Assembly: GCA_039545335.1 (NCBI GenBank)
Contig: BCIN01000003.1
Span: forward strand, 682,001-746,000
Origin: Kondoa subrosea
Lineage: Eukaryota
Direction: 5' to 3'
DNA: 64,000 bases
How positions within the stretch are numbered: position 1 is the stretch's first letter; each line of letters starts with the position of its first letter. Shown in pieces: positions 1 through 13,000 of this stretch. The notes under the pieces were generated by a model that was not told the origin of the DNA, did not search any database, and worked only from the letters and a program-made list of their open reading frames with translations. A program made the position numbers and the translations under genes.

Positions 1-92
1 CCCGATAGCTCTTCGTTTCAAACAAGCATCTTGCACACATATATTTCCATTGAGCGGAATCCCTGTATACCCACGCGTATTAGTAGAGAGAG

Positions 93-3048
93 ATGGAGGA
101 TTCTATATTGGATGCTACTCTGTCAGGAGCTGCTTCCAATTTCTCAGCTGCCTTGACAGCATGGAAAGGTTCATTACTCTCCAACTTCCCTCTCCCTCGC
201 TGTAGTATGAGCTGAATGCGTTATGAGGGTAAACAGATATCAGTCTGGCTGATCTGCAGAAGAAATTGGATACTCAAGGTCCGTCTATTCCAAGTTGTAC
301 TTTCAGCATTCGAGCTGATTACAATGACTGGGGTTATGGACAGGCTTGGAGATCGTTGAGAACCAGAAAGAGAACATGATGGGTCGTAAACGTTTAGCAG
401 AACAAACCAGAGGTAGTTTAACCCTACTCCGTAATGTCGAATCAAACTCATGTCGCTCGAATAGATTTCAAAAAGATAGCAGAGGAAGAGAAAGCCAATG
501 CATTCAAAGGACTTCTCAAAGGTGACACTCTTACTCTTTCGTTTCTATACTTTGGCTAATGCGTTAAGGGATATTAGCATATCAATCGGAAATCGATTCC
601 CTTACTAAACGAAGTAAAACTGCAGAGAACGCTTTCTTGAGCGTCTACAAAGTTTTGGCGGAAGCACCTGATCCTTTTCCACTACTTGATGCAGCCGTCG
701 TATGTTCCCTCATGATTCATTTCGACTGAATTCGCATTGAATTCCATGCACGAACATACAGGATCAAACTGCTAAAGCTTCAGAAGCAAAATTATTGGAA
801 GCTGAACTCGCTAGAGAGAAAGAAGAGACTTCAAGTTTGAAACAACAATTAGCGGATGCTCAAAGTATTGAGAAAGAACGCAAGAAGCTCGCTGACAAGT
901 GCGAGAAGTTTGAGCAAAAGGTAACTTTCCAAGTCGTACCAGTCAGGATAGTGGATAGCTGAATAGAAGGGTTCAGATGGATGATATGATTGCTGAAAAA
1001 GTGGATCAGAAAGAAGCTGAACTGCATGCAACATATGATGAACGGTTACGAAATTACGAAGACAGGTGAGCAAAGCTGTATGGTACCCTATGTTTAGCTG
1101 ACGGGAAGCAATAGAGAACGAGATTTGACAAAACAAGTTTCAATGTCTCGCGATCAATTGAGAGAATTGCGAAACTCGAATGAATCTACGCATGCAAAAT
1201 TACTCGACAACAATCAAAGACAAGGTCAGTCATGTCACTCTTAATGGTAGCTGTAGCTGGAAGAGTCAAGATAGATCAGGAAACTTTGGCTAGATTGACC
1301 GAAATGGATCTGATGACGGCTGATATCGAGCGCGCAAACAGTCGAGTCCTGGAGATGGAGAGACGTAACGTCAGTCTAGCGTAGACCTGCTGAGCAATTT
1401 CGTTGACATTGACTACAGGAGAAACTTCGAGCGGAAATCGAGACTGTCCGGAACGGAAGTGAGAACGAAGCTCGGTCAGTCCATATTGGCGTCTGCCTGA
1501 TACCGTCTGACGTCAGACCTGGGTATGACAGGGCTCAGGCACTAGAAACGCAGATATCAGATCTACAAACAGAGACTGCTCGCCTGATACGAAATCTGGA
1601 AGACCAGAAATTGGAGAGCGAACGCGAACAGAAACAGGACAAGAAGACAATACAAGAACGCGAAGCAAAATTGACTGCCTTAGTGAGTGCACGATATCTT
1701 CATTTCAAAGCTTGCCTGACATCCACTTACAGACGACTGAACTGCAATCTTTGCGAGAAAGAGTAGCGCAATTCGCAGACTATGATGAGATCAAGCGAGA
1801 GCTTGACATCATGAAAGTTCGCAACATTCTTGATGACTGTGTGATATGATGCCCAAATGTTTAGCAGTTTGTCGAATTCTCTGGAACGAATCTGGATGAC
1901 GATGTCGAGGGCGACGACGACTCAACCTCGCTCTCAGAGTCTGTTGTACGGATGCCTGATCCTAATGCGGACAAGAATCAGAGCAGAGGTCGGCCGCTAG
2001 AGAATCTGCTGATGAGCAAAAATCGAAAGATCCAAGAACAGCTTACAACCATGAGAGTGAGTGGTGGAGTGTCGTTGCCTCTTCGCGAAGGGTTATGACT
2101 GTCGTGCGCTCACAGGTTGCGCATGAAGACCTTCTTACGCAGACAGATGCCATTCGAACTGAATGCGAGCAACTTCGATCGCAAGTATCGGAACAGCAAC
2201 AACTCAATGACCGGCTGGAAAACGATCTGCTCAATTTGAACAGCTCGAATGTACATAGTCAAAATCACTCTGGAGCTGTGACACCTGCACAAGGCAACGA
2301 TGCGCTCGCAGGTCTGAATATTGGCAAGAAGGAAGTTCCAGCTATTGCTGCACCTGGATTGACAAGTACAGCGGAAAGCTCGATACTGCCCATCATCACG
2401 AGTCAGCGTGATCGGTTCAGGCAACGGAACTCCGAGATAGAAGAAGTGCGTTTGCGTCGGCTTATGCGTTAAATCTTAGCTGAGTCCTTGCAGGAACTAC
2501 GGAAACAAAGTGCTACGGTTTCCGAACTTCGCAACGAGACGAAAGCTCTTCAAGCGGACAACATGAAGCTTTACGAGAAAGTGCGATATTTGCAAAGCTA
2601 CAGACAAGATGCAGGGCCGTCTACTGGCAGCAGTGCTTCGACTTCTCGCTTATATCCAGCTGCACCACCCAAAGAGAAGAATGAGGATCTAGGCAAATAT
2701 CGCAATATGTATGAACAAAGCATGAATCCCTTTGAAGCCTTTAGAGGGAGAGTAAGTCGTTGCTCGCGATATCAGGAGCGAGCTCACGTCAAATAGGAAC
2801 GCTCGACTGCTGTTCAAGCACTCAATCCAATAGAAAAGCTGTTACTTGGTCTAGCGAATATGATTCTCGGCAATCGCTATATGAGAGGTCTCTTTGTTGT
2901 GTATGCTGCGGTGCTACATCTTTTCATATTCATGACTGTCAGTATGAATTCCGTCCTATTATGATTCGCTCTCATAATTTTCGAATAGTTATGGAGTCAA
3001 ATTTCGTCAACTTCTAGGTCTCCAGTGCGGACGCAAGTGCCTCCATAA
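93..3048 (+). CDS. COY1: CASP/Coy1 Golgi coiled-coil protein with C-terminal TM anchor (multi-exon)
   Basis: N-terminus [25 protein letters not shown]; exons [69 protein letters not shown] segment [16 protein letters not shown]. These match CASP family motifs. Confidence 0.9.
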
Positions 3049-3153
3049 TTGTGTATAATGTTATACATTGATCCTGGTTGATCATTCTCATGTCATGTTA
3101 CATTTCTTGTATATGTGGGTAAAGCTGATGCGGGTATCGTCCACTTCAGTGAC

Positions 3154-6100
3154 TTAGCTTTTGACCTTCAGCGCTTCAATCACAGAACATCCAGCCTCCA
3201 CAAACTCCTCTAGACAATCCTCTAAGTTGCTCGACCGATAATCAAGTTTGTTGCCAGTAAATGCCAGACCATCGAAATGCAGATCGCGCAGTATCCTGAG
3301 CTTCTCTTCGTCAACTTTGAGCGGTACCTCGAACTGTACCTGTGAGAACTGGTGAGTGTGCGGACTACACACCGATAGATAAAGCGCACAGAAGGAGAGG
3401 TCAAAGCATGATCTTGCATAGTCTTGACCGAAATAACAGCTTCAGCTATTTGAGCCAAGTCTGAAAGGATATCGACAGTCTTGATCAGCAAGAGTGGACA
3501 GTCTGCCGCATTTGACGTAGTCTGATCAATGTATTCCACATGCCGCCAAAGGATTCGCCGGGAATGAAGTTGCTGTTCCACCGATACAAACAGAGTACGT
3601 TGTAAGCAATACGAATGTAATCTCGCGATCTGCTCCGGTTCTATTGCGAGACTACAGGACGATCAGCACATAGAGCCTAAAGGCCCGGAATGGCGTACCT
3701 TTGCTCAACAGGCAGACCCAGTCTAGCATGATTTATTTGACCAAGGTTCTTGATTGATAGCAATTGTTTGGCTGCTTCTATCACCGGCTGGACTTGCAAA
3801 AGATAGAAAGTGAGATTCGCTTCGCCGATCGAGACCATAAATAGATGATTGCCTTGACCGTCGAGGTGAAAGTAGAGAGGGTAGCGACCGATAGGTAAAC
3901 GAGCTTGGTCTGCAACATACTCAATAAGTCTTGATTAAGAAAACCCACAGGGCGGCCTACCTTGCGAGCGCAGCAACGGTCTCCGATGACTTTCCAAGCC
4001 TACTGCAACAGCTTTCCCTTCTATCTCATCCGCAATCATCTGAAGCGCACATTAGATTTTGATCCATTTGTCCAACGCATACCACTCACCAAAGACCTGA
4101 GCTTCAGGAAATAGCTTGTGTAATCACTACGAGTATTATTGAGCTCTTGGGCAGCTTGCAGGATCTTTCCTCCAACGTGCGTCGAGGTTGACTCAGTAGC
4201 AAAGAGCTTCAGTGAGCCCGTCTTCTCATCTATCTGAAGCTTGATGTAGTGTAGTGCATGGACGTGCACCAACAGATGACATGGACCGTCTGACACAGCA
4301 TTGCATCAAGTAGTGGTCAGTATTCGAAGTCATTGACCTACTCTGAGGTTGAATGATCTCCTGGTGCAGTATAGATGTAGCTAATTGAGAGCGAATCGAT
4401 TGCGTTATACTTCGACAATGCTTGTGTATACAAGCAAGGAACTGTTCTTCAAAAGTAGAGTCGATCATAGACTGTAAAGCAGCCATTAGCGCTTTTTTGT
4501 TGGAGGACTGCTTGGCCTGTTACCATTTCAGCATCTTGCGAAGATACTTCTAGATCTTCGGGCTGCCATTGCATTATCAGTTGCTTTGATTGACTAGTCG
4601 TATCGGCTTCTTCCAGACTGAGCGATTGCAAGATTGCAAGCGCGCCTTTGGCTTTAGCACAAGTTTGTATCGCAATCTTGATCTTCGAGCCGTTACTTGC
4701 AGGCACGGTAGATCCAGGGACAGCGGGCTTCTTAGTTCGAGGATTACTAACAGAGGAATCAGCATACGAGAATATATACTGAACGCTACATTCACAGCCA
4801 ATATTGCACTTCAAACGATTTTCGATCTCTTGCCATAGTGATAGCAAGATTCGATGACCAACCGCTCGATCGACCGAGTTTGAGTGCCTGTGAAAACGAA
4901 TTGGTGAGTAGAGCCTGGTGCCACAACACGGTTAAGCTCACCTGAGAATACAAACTTTCTATCTGGAGATTAATCGAAGTATCGCCTTTCTCAAAGCGTC
5001 AGCTTACATGTAGATATACAAGGGACTTCATACACTTACGAAGGAAGTTGAACACTCTGACAAGCGGATCTTTTGCCAATTTGTCCTTATTCATATGTTG
5101 TTCAGGTATTCGACCAGGTTGTGTTGCTTCATCGGCCAACAGCTCATTACCCATTGCTATCAATCGATCATGTAAAGGTCCTTCAACTTTGAATTGAGTA
5201 GAATCATCTTTCGACTTCTGCGATGCTGGGCTGAAGAGGAAAGCGATATCGAGTAAATGCCAAGCATCAGTAATTTCACCTCCGAGTACAGTGAAAGTCG
5301 CTTGGAATTGATTCTTGACCGTGAAGATCACTCGACCGTTTGCTGAACAGAATATAAAGAGTCAGACAAAGTATATTGTTGATTAGTATGGAACTGACCT
5401 ATTGTATAGCTTCTTATCCCATTTGGCAGACGATCCGATACTGCTAGTCTATAGCGAATAGCTTCGTTCGCTTCATGCAGGATATCGAGCACTTCAGCGT
5501 CCGGTACTTTCTCGGGCGCGGCAAACGTCGATTTAATGATTGCTGGTAGACGTTGGTAATTACCGGTTGTAAGTAGATCGAAAGCTGTAGGTAAGTCGTA
5601 ATTGGGAATGCTGGGGGAAGATGTCAAAGGTAATATTAGGTTAGCTTGAAGAGAAACCTCTACCTTGCTTGCTGAAGAGATTTATGATGCGCATCCAGGA
5701 CTTCCATTGACGAAGAAAGCTGGAAATTCTGCGTTTCCAGAAAAGTGATAATATTCTATGCTCTCCCAAGTCAGCACACTAGGCAAACTTTCAGCAAGCA
5801 TTCGTCTGACCATGCATTTCTGCAAAGCAGCTGAACTTCTTGACCAGCGAGCAATGACGGCCAAGCGAATGAGTCGTTTCCCAACAGTCGCAACATATTC
5901 GAGTATCAAACGTTTGCGCTCGAGATCCGAAGCAGACGGCAATCTAATGCACGAGAAGATGGGCACAAAGGAACAGAAAGACAGGTAAGCAGACCAACAC
6001 TTCAGCTAAGATTTGTAGATCAGAGAAAGCCTGTCCAGCTATGCGTTCAACGAGTACACCGAGCGGTACAAGATTGTGCTGAATGTTTGGCAAATCATCG

Positions 6101-6189
6101 TCCAAGGCGGGTGCCTCTTCTGGCTGAATGAATTCCTGTTTTGGCTCGTGGTATCCGTTGCTGGTCGAGCCATTGATGCCATTGGCCAT
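3154..6189 (-). CDS. MED14: Mediator subunit 14 (Rgr1), multi-exon
   Basis: NLVPLGVLVERIAGQAFSDL, ERKRLILEY...RLIRLAVIARWS and IPNYDLPTAFDLLTTGNYQRLP are typical of the Med14 N-terminal domain. ATG at 6189; 3' end approximate. Confidence 0.88.
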
Positions 6190-8144
6190 GAGACGGTCGA
6201 GCAGATGCAAGAGCAAGCTATATTATTTTCGTCGCAAGGTTGTAGACGAACCAATACCTCGATTATATCCAGCCCTGTATACACCGTGGAACTACTCTCT
6301 GCAAGCTTATATGCTCAAATCACCTGAATTCGCTGCCTTCCGAAGTGGAATCATGTTTTCTGTCAAATTTGTTGTTGAGACACACAGATACCCTCAGACT
6401 GTGTCTTGTCTGCTTCCCACTGACGATGTATATTCGCTATGTCGCATGCGCTTTGCTAGCCTCGATCAAGATCACATTGCATTCATGTCTCGGGTCGCCA
6501 AATTCACCTCCATTGGGCAAGCAGACTCTGATCTCTATGCGTGCACATCTTCCTGTGGAACAGATTAGTCAGTGCCCGATTGTATGTGTTGTCGTTCGAC
6601 GCGACTTAGTCTTCGACGCGACACTTTCACCACAACCACCGAAGTCCTCATGTAGTTATCATTACGATCAAGCTTCTCCTACCTTTTTCCATTTCTTGCA
6701 CTGCCTTCTAGTCTCACTACCAATGAAGCAAATCAATCACGACATCGCTGCTTGTATTCTCGCTTGTTTAGCAGCGGATCATCCAGCAGAGGCTAAATCC
6801 ACTTTGTACCAAGCATGTCTAGTCAACAAGATCTGGTATCTCTTAGCTCGACCTCTTATCTACCGTCGAATCGCAATCACTCATCAACCNAAGCGATTCT
6901 TCGAGAANATNAAGNNCTCNACANNTNNNTGTCANNTATTNCAAGAACTCGATTTCAGTAATATGGGCCTCTGTCCNCTACACTGTGGGCATACTTGGCA
7001 TGACTTGGTCGAAATATTGCCTCTCTGCCCAAATCTGAAGACGATTAAGTTTGGTGCTTTGTCGGGATATCACGCAGCTAGACTGCTGTGCAATTTGGCT
7101 CGCTACAATCCTGGCGTAAAAGATAGTGAGTTTCCGGGGACGACTTGATCAGCAGCAGCAGCATATTGAAGCTGCTGTTAAGTTTCGTTTGAACTGTTGT
7201 GCCCATCTGGTTTGATGGGTTATCAAAGAGTATGTTTTCTTTGCTCGATTCGTAGCACATCTTGACCCACTACTTCTAGCGCTGGGAATGGGTTGATTTC
7301 AATGAGTGAGTAAACCCTTCGTATCTCTGACAGTAGCCGAATTGATTTCTGTTGCCAGTCTTCAACCTCATCTGCACAATTGGCCAAATGTCGAGCTTCT
7401 CGACTTGGACATTCACATCAACAGTTCTCCTTCACCTCGCTATCAACCAGAAGGCTCGAAATTGACCAAGCTCGTTCTCGCTTAACCTCGCTTGGAACGC
7501 GATACTCTAGCAATGCTGTCACCATTCACCTCTCTTTCTGATCTTCGAATCTATCAACCTCATACTATCCTAGAGCCTCACGAGATCGTATCTTCCCTAG
7601 CTCATGCACCTCGGATCACATCGTTAACACTACATCTGGCACCAAGTCCAGCAAGCCAAATCACTCACGCGCTAGAGCTACTTCCAATGCTCACTTCGGG
7701 TGCTAGAGCATGTGAGCTTCTTAAGCTTTGTGCTTCACTGGAATATGTTGCTCATTGTTCAATTCATTACCGAACAGGTATAGAAATGAGGAAAGCTTTC
7801 AAGACATTATGGATTGCTTGTCCTACGGTGAAGAAATTGGAAATATGTGCTGCTATGATTGATGTTGAGGATTTATTGGTTGGTTTACCACTTCGTATTA
7901 CGCATCTCTCTGTTGGTCATTTTGGTGCGACTCAATCTGAAGCTGTCATGTAAGCTTAAGTCTTCTTTCTCTGTCTGTTCTCGTAAGCTTATGCTAGATC
8001 TATAGGAGAGGTATCGAGGTGTTGAAGAAACAAAGAGGATTAGGGTTGAAGAGGTTCAAGCTACATTTGAGGCATAGCTGGTCTGAAAACGAAGTGGAGA
8101 TGGTCAACTCAGCCTTTGCAAATTTAGGAGTGATATGCTGTCAT
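6074..8144. repeat. Direct repeat copy A (~2.07 kb): MED14 5' end, intergenic promoter and F-box-like gene
   Basis: Near-identical to 16038-18109 by direct comparison, including shared N positions. Confidence 0.95.
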
Positions 8145-8168
8145 CATGATGGGATACTACCACAATGA
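6723..8168 (+). pseudogene. F-box/LRR-like gene, disrupted copy
   Basis: F-box-like N-terminus (INHDIAACILACL...LYQACLVNKIWYLLARPLIYRRI). In-frame TAA at 7483-7485 where copy B has AAA (17448-17450). Last intron donor and last exon are missing because homology ends at ~8144. Confidence 0.75.
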
Positions 8169-8398
8169 GCAGCAGGCACGAAGCCTATAGCGATGCAGAC
8201 CATATGCCGGATCTTGTCAACCAAGAACCGTGACCTCAGCAAAACAAATACCTTCAAAGGGCTCTCTAATAGCCTCCGATAGATACCTTAAGAGCTTTCA
8301 GTCTACATAGCTTAGGTTAGGTTAGTCTTGAGTGGCTAGCAGATTAGCTCCGAAGCTGAATCCGGGGCATGACCAGATTTGCAAGTCTTGGCTTTAGC

Positions 8399-9051
8399 AT
8401 GGCCAGTACCTATTCGTACAATTCCAGGAGGGACCTGTATACTCTCCACGGTGCAAGAGATGCCAAAATCAAGGGGAAGCATTTGCGTATGCAACTGAAA
8501 GAAATGAGTGTGTTTGTCAACAATTGCCAGAGCAATTGTCGTATGTCGGGTGACTGGGGACCTATGAGAACATTTAGTATGTCGGAGGTAAGAGGTCTCT
8601 CATTTGCATTCTAGAAGGCTAATTTGTCGTTAGATGCGAGCATTGCACAGTATTTGATCTGGCTTGACAACTTGCAACTCCTTACTCAACTTTTGAATCT
8701 AGGAATCCTGGTCTGGATGGAAACATCTGAGTCTGTCAAGAGGGTATGCTCAATATCCTTAGATCCGCAACGCAATGCTAAATAGATTCCCACCCAGCAA
8801 CCTATACGCTTTGCCAACTCTAACAGAAATCATCTTCTATCTTTCATCGGCAAGCAGTACACTATGTCCCAGCTTATCTCGAGATTTGGTTGTGAGGATC
8901 CGAAACAGCTCGAATTCTCAAAAGTTTCGTTCTCAAGTGATGAGCAACATGGGTCAGTCGACCTTTGACGAAGCATCAGCTCTCTAACGTTTGTTACAGA
9001 GAAAATGAGGAGCCGCCTCCTGCTTATAAGGAGTGTCTTTTCAGTGTTTAG
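8399..9051 (+). CDS. Orphan spliced gene ending in a PPPAY (PPxY) motif
   Basis: Canonical GT-AG introns join YLIWLDNLQLL...SVKR | IPTQQPIRF...SDEQHG | ENEEPPPAYKECLFSV*. Start and 5' exons are uncertain. Confidence 0.45.
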
Positions 9052-9151
9052 TCTTGTGTTTGGGTAGATCTAGTTCGTTTGCAAATTTGCCATGAAATAT
9101 TTTGTAGCACTTGTATTTCTATGGTCTTAAGAACAACCAAGCACCAACATA

Positions 9152-10026
9152 ATGATTTCCTCGGTATTGGCTACAGTTTCAAATTTGAGGAGAAAGCCTA
9201 AACGAGATGAAGAAGGAGGTAAATATAGACTGACAAAGCAGAAGTTGCATATTGATTGTGTCGCAAGCTGCGTCGAGACCTACTACAGCTCCACCTTCAC
9301 CCATTATCCAGCTTGAGACTATTCGTCCTGCTTTCACTGGACTGCTTTTGCTCAAAACGGAAGAGATCCTAGATAACATCACTGAAAGGGTCGCAACAGA
9401 AGGAGAAGTGAAAGATCTGCTGGCAATGGTCAAGGAGGCTCAAACCGATGACGCTATCAGAACATACCTTGTCGATAATGTCGAGAAATCTTGGCTTCGC
9501 TTCTGGAGATCAGGAAAGGGAGAGAATGAAATCTTGGTTTACAGGGACGGAATGAAAGGATTGCAGAGAATGGTTGAAGAAGAAAACGAAGAGCAGATGC
9601 GATCATTTTTGGACGATAAGCAATACAAGGATGTTAGGAAATGGTCTACCGCTCTTGAATCTATCTGTGAGTGCATGCATTAGGCGTTGATTCCATTTGC
9701 CGACAGTGCGCTCAGATGAGAAAGAAGAAGAAGCTCGCAAGGAAAAGGCCGCAAGAAAAGACCGCAATAGCAAATCCGACAGCAACAAAATCAGCCTCTG
9801 CAATCTCCTCATCTTCGTCGGTATCGCCATTGCTGGTTACATTTTCATGCACACACAGAATACACTGAACAGAAAACAACAGAAAGAGATTGCTATGGGA
9901 AATTGGTATCAGCAATGTCTAGCTCAAGCATTACAGGCGGCGGCAATCAGAGGTGATAAGAATGCTAGTACGCATATGGGTGCAGATGAATGCGCCATGT
10001 ATAGAAACAATCCAACCGTTTCCTGA
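9152..10026 (+). CDS. Orphan protein: helical/charged region, one TM helix, short Cys-containing C-terminal tail
   Basis: Three exons join in frame (MISSVLATVSNLRRKPKRDEEG | AASRPTT...ALESI | ...KISLCNLLIFVGIAIAGYIFMH...PTVS*). No family recognised. Confidence 0.6.
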
Positions 10027-10079
10027 AAACTTCTAAATGCATAGTATATACAGCCGCTCTCAAAGGCCTTTGATCTCCT

Positions 10080-13000
10080 TCTAGAAACCAATTACCTTGC
10101 TAGCAAATCTACTGCCAACGGATATAGCATCAATACATGATCGGACAACTGTGCAGAGCGTGAGTGGTCATTCAGCAATATTTCGAAGTTGCGTACAAAC
10201 GAATCCTCGAATCCAGAAAAGCCTCGGAGCTTTTCTGTCACAATCGATGTCCAAGCTGCAATGTTTCTCGCCTGAATTTCGCCATCCAGCGCAATGTAGT
10301 TCGATATGGTTGGGAAGCTCAGCCTAGTTGCTCAGAAGATAAGTTTTGATAAAAGCGCAGCGCAATGCATGTCTGCTCACGGTGTAAAAGCATCGACTGT
10401 TTCGCTCCTCTTATCGGTATGTTCTGGCCGTTGATCAGAGAGCATCCGTAGCAGTACATTGACTAGCGTCGCTGCACTGCTAGACTCTTGCTTGAGTAGA
10501 TTAGGAAGCTGTTTCATGAAGCCTTAATGACAAAGTGATCAGATGAATACCAATTTGAATGGAATTATTGACGTACCAACTTTCCACAGAGCCATACGCA
10601 GCTCCTTGTCCGCGTTGAACTTCTTCGCAAACTGGTAGCCTTCATCGAGAACCGCCATAAGCTTCAATAGATCTGCTGGTGGTATTGTTGTGTAGACTTC
10701 CTCGTTTTGCAACAACTCGTGAGCCGTCTCGATCAGGAGGAGCTGCAGTACGCATTTGACTATAATTTGACGAAAGACCTTCTTGCGATCTGGTATCGGT
10801 TTGGAAGCCAAACGCTCGCTGTTCTGTCGTGGGCGTATTGGGATCCAGTGGCACTGGTGCTATAAAGCTAGGTTGCGCTATTTGTAGGCGTCAGCTCAGT
10901 CTACATTGACAGTGACAAATAACTTACATTGCTCTACATTTTCCGCATCACTTGCTGTTAGAGGCATGCGTAGACGCTCGTCGAAGAGCTGATTAGCTGT
11001 TGTTGTATGAAATAGAGTTATAAAGGTTGAGACAATTTTCTCCCACAAGCTGGGACTGAGCTTCTTGACATTCTTCTCCAGAAGCTGTTGCAGACATGAT
11101 GTGCCTATTCTGGCCAGTGTATCGTTCTCTGCATCGACTATTAGTATGGATCCTAGAATTGTGACATCTAATATACCTTGGCAGATGCATTCGCACAACA
11201 GATCCAGCAGTTTGTCTAGCATTCTCGCCAATACATCGAAGTAGTGAGTGAAAAGATCGATAAGGTTGCGCAGAGCTTGAATCATGGTTGTGGACAGCCA
11301 GACGCTCATGTCTTCGTGTGTGCTGAATCTTGAAACATCCGACCGTGATCTTAGGACGGCAAATATAGGGAAAAGGACTTCTTTGCAAACCGAATCCCAG
11401 AAGTAAGCTGGGAAAGAGCGACCATGTACTTTGAGAGTTTCAAAAAGGTAATCCAGGGCTCTGAAGAGCTCATCAGCCATTTGTATTTTGCACAAACCAT
11501 GTAGTCACTGACCTCTTTCGTACTTCTAGGTCTTCACCATTCATGATAATGTCATAGAAGCCAAAAAGTACAGGGAACCAGTATTTGATCCTGAACGCAA
11601 GGTTAATTTAGAGGCCAGCTGGAACAATCTCGACTTACATAGGATCGTCAACAGGTTGGGTGTCAACTTTAGCTACTTGAAGGTTCGGCTGACTTAGTGG
11701 ACATTCAGGACATGCCAGCATTTGCGGTATGAGACCTTTGAGCATCTCAATAGCATGCAAACTGATTTTTTGNNNNNNNNNNNNNNNNNNNNNNNNNNNN
11801 NNNNNNNNNNNNNNNNNNNNNNNNNNNNNNNNNNNNNNNNNNNNNNNNNNNNNNNNNNNNNNNNNNNNNNNNNNNNNNNNNNNNNNNNNNNNNNNNNNNN
11901 NNNNNNNNNNNNNNNNNNNNNNNNNNNNNNNNNNNNNNNNNNNNNNNNNNNNNNNNNNNNNNNNNNNNNNNNNNNNNNNNNNNNNNNNNNNNNNNNNNNN
12001 NNNNNNNNNNNNNNNNNNNNNNNNNNNNNNNNNNNNNNNNNNNNNNNNNNNNNNNNNNNNNNNNNNNNNNNNNNNNNNNNNNNNNNNNNNNNNNNNNNNN
12101 NNNNNNNNNNNNNNNNNNNNNNNNNNNNNNNNNNNNNNNNNNNNNNNNNNNNNNNNNNNNNNNNNNNNNNNNNNNNNNNNNNNNNNNNNNNNNNNNNNNN
12201 NNNNNNNNNNNNNNNNNNNNNNNNNNNACAGCAGACCTGATTGAAGTGTTCTCCCAAGATTGCCCAGATGTTTGACCATTCCAAACGAATACGGTTCATG
12301 TTGTAGTAGGAAATCTCGACCAATTTTTGCAAACAGAATGTTCTTGGCTGCTCTGTCAATCCGGATGACCGAATTTCTTCCCACGAAACATCCGCAAGCG
12401 CTCGTACGAAATCGACAATCGCGGTCTAAACATCATTAGCTTGAATAATTTAGTCTTAGCTATAAAGCTCACTCCAGAAAGACTATGACTGGTTGAAAAG
12501 ATGCGATCGGCAGCTATTGTAATTTGCGTTGACCGTGTTTCGTTGGCAACTTCATCGGTCGGTCTGCTCATTGTGCTCGCTCGTCTGCCACTGCCTTTCC
12601 GAGGACCTTGACCGCTGTAAAGTCATGTATCAGCGCGATAGGTAGTCTGGAATCTGGACCTACGGCCGCCTTGTCAGGTCAGCTCCAGACTTTGCATCAG
12701 CCCCGGATGAGATCAATTGGAACCGTTCAAGTTGGCTGACACATGTCATGACTTCGCGCCAAGACGTCTTCAAGTAGTTTCCGTCGGCGATAGCTACCTC
12801 GAGCATAGTCTTGATAGCTTCTACATTCTTTGTCCGCATCTCGCCAAAGTTGTTGTGGAAGGTGAATTTGGCAAGAGTGGTGACGAAAGCATTTCTTTCG
12901 AGCTCGAGATCAAAGAGACATACAATCTTGATTGCTTGCTTGAATCCTTCGAGACTAAGGTTGACCATCTCAATATCTTCCGAATCTTGCAGAGGGCCAG

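Noticed and set aside
6345..6722. Long N-terminal ORF extensions of the F-box copies (also 16258-16695)
   Set aside because: They start at non-ATG codons in promoter sequence; the F-box-like domain begins at ATG 6723/16696.
8312..8325. TTAGGTTAGGTTAG telomere-like run near the insert's left edge
   Set aside because: Fewer than three units and not TTAGGG; compatible with chance.
10060..10084. Palindrome TCAAAGGCCTTTGA followed by CTAG, resembling a Helitron 3' end at the SEC7-copy boundary
   Set aside because: CTAG is followed by A rather than T, the stem is not GC-rich, the sequence partly aligns as decayed SEC7, and no Rep/helicase is present.
11635..12384. ORFs spanning poly-X
   Set aside because: Artefacts of the N gap.
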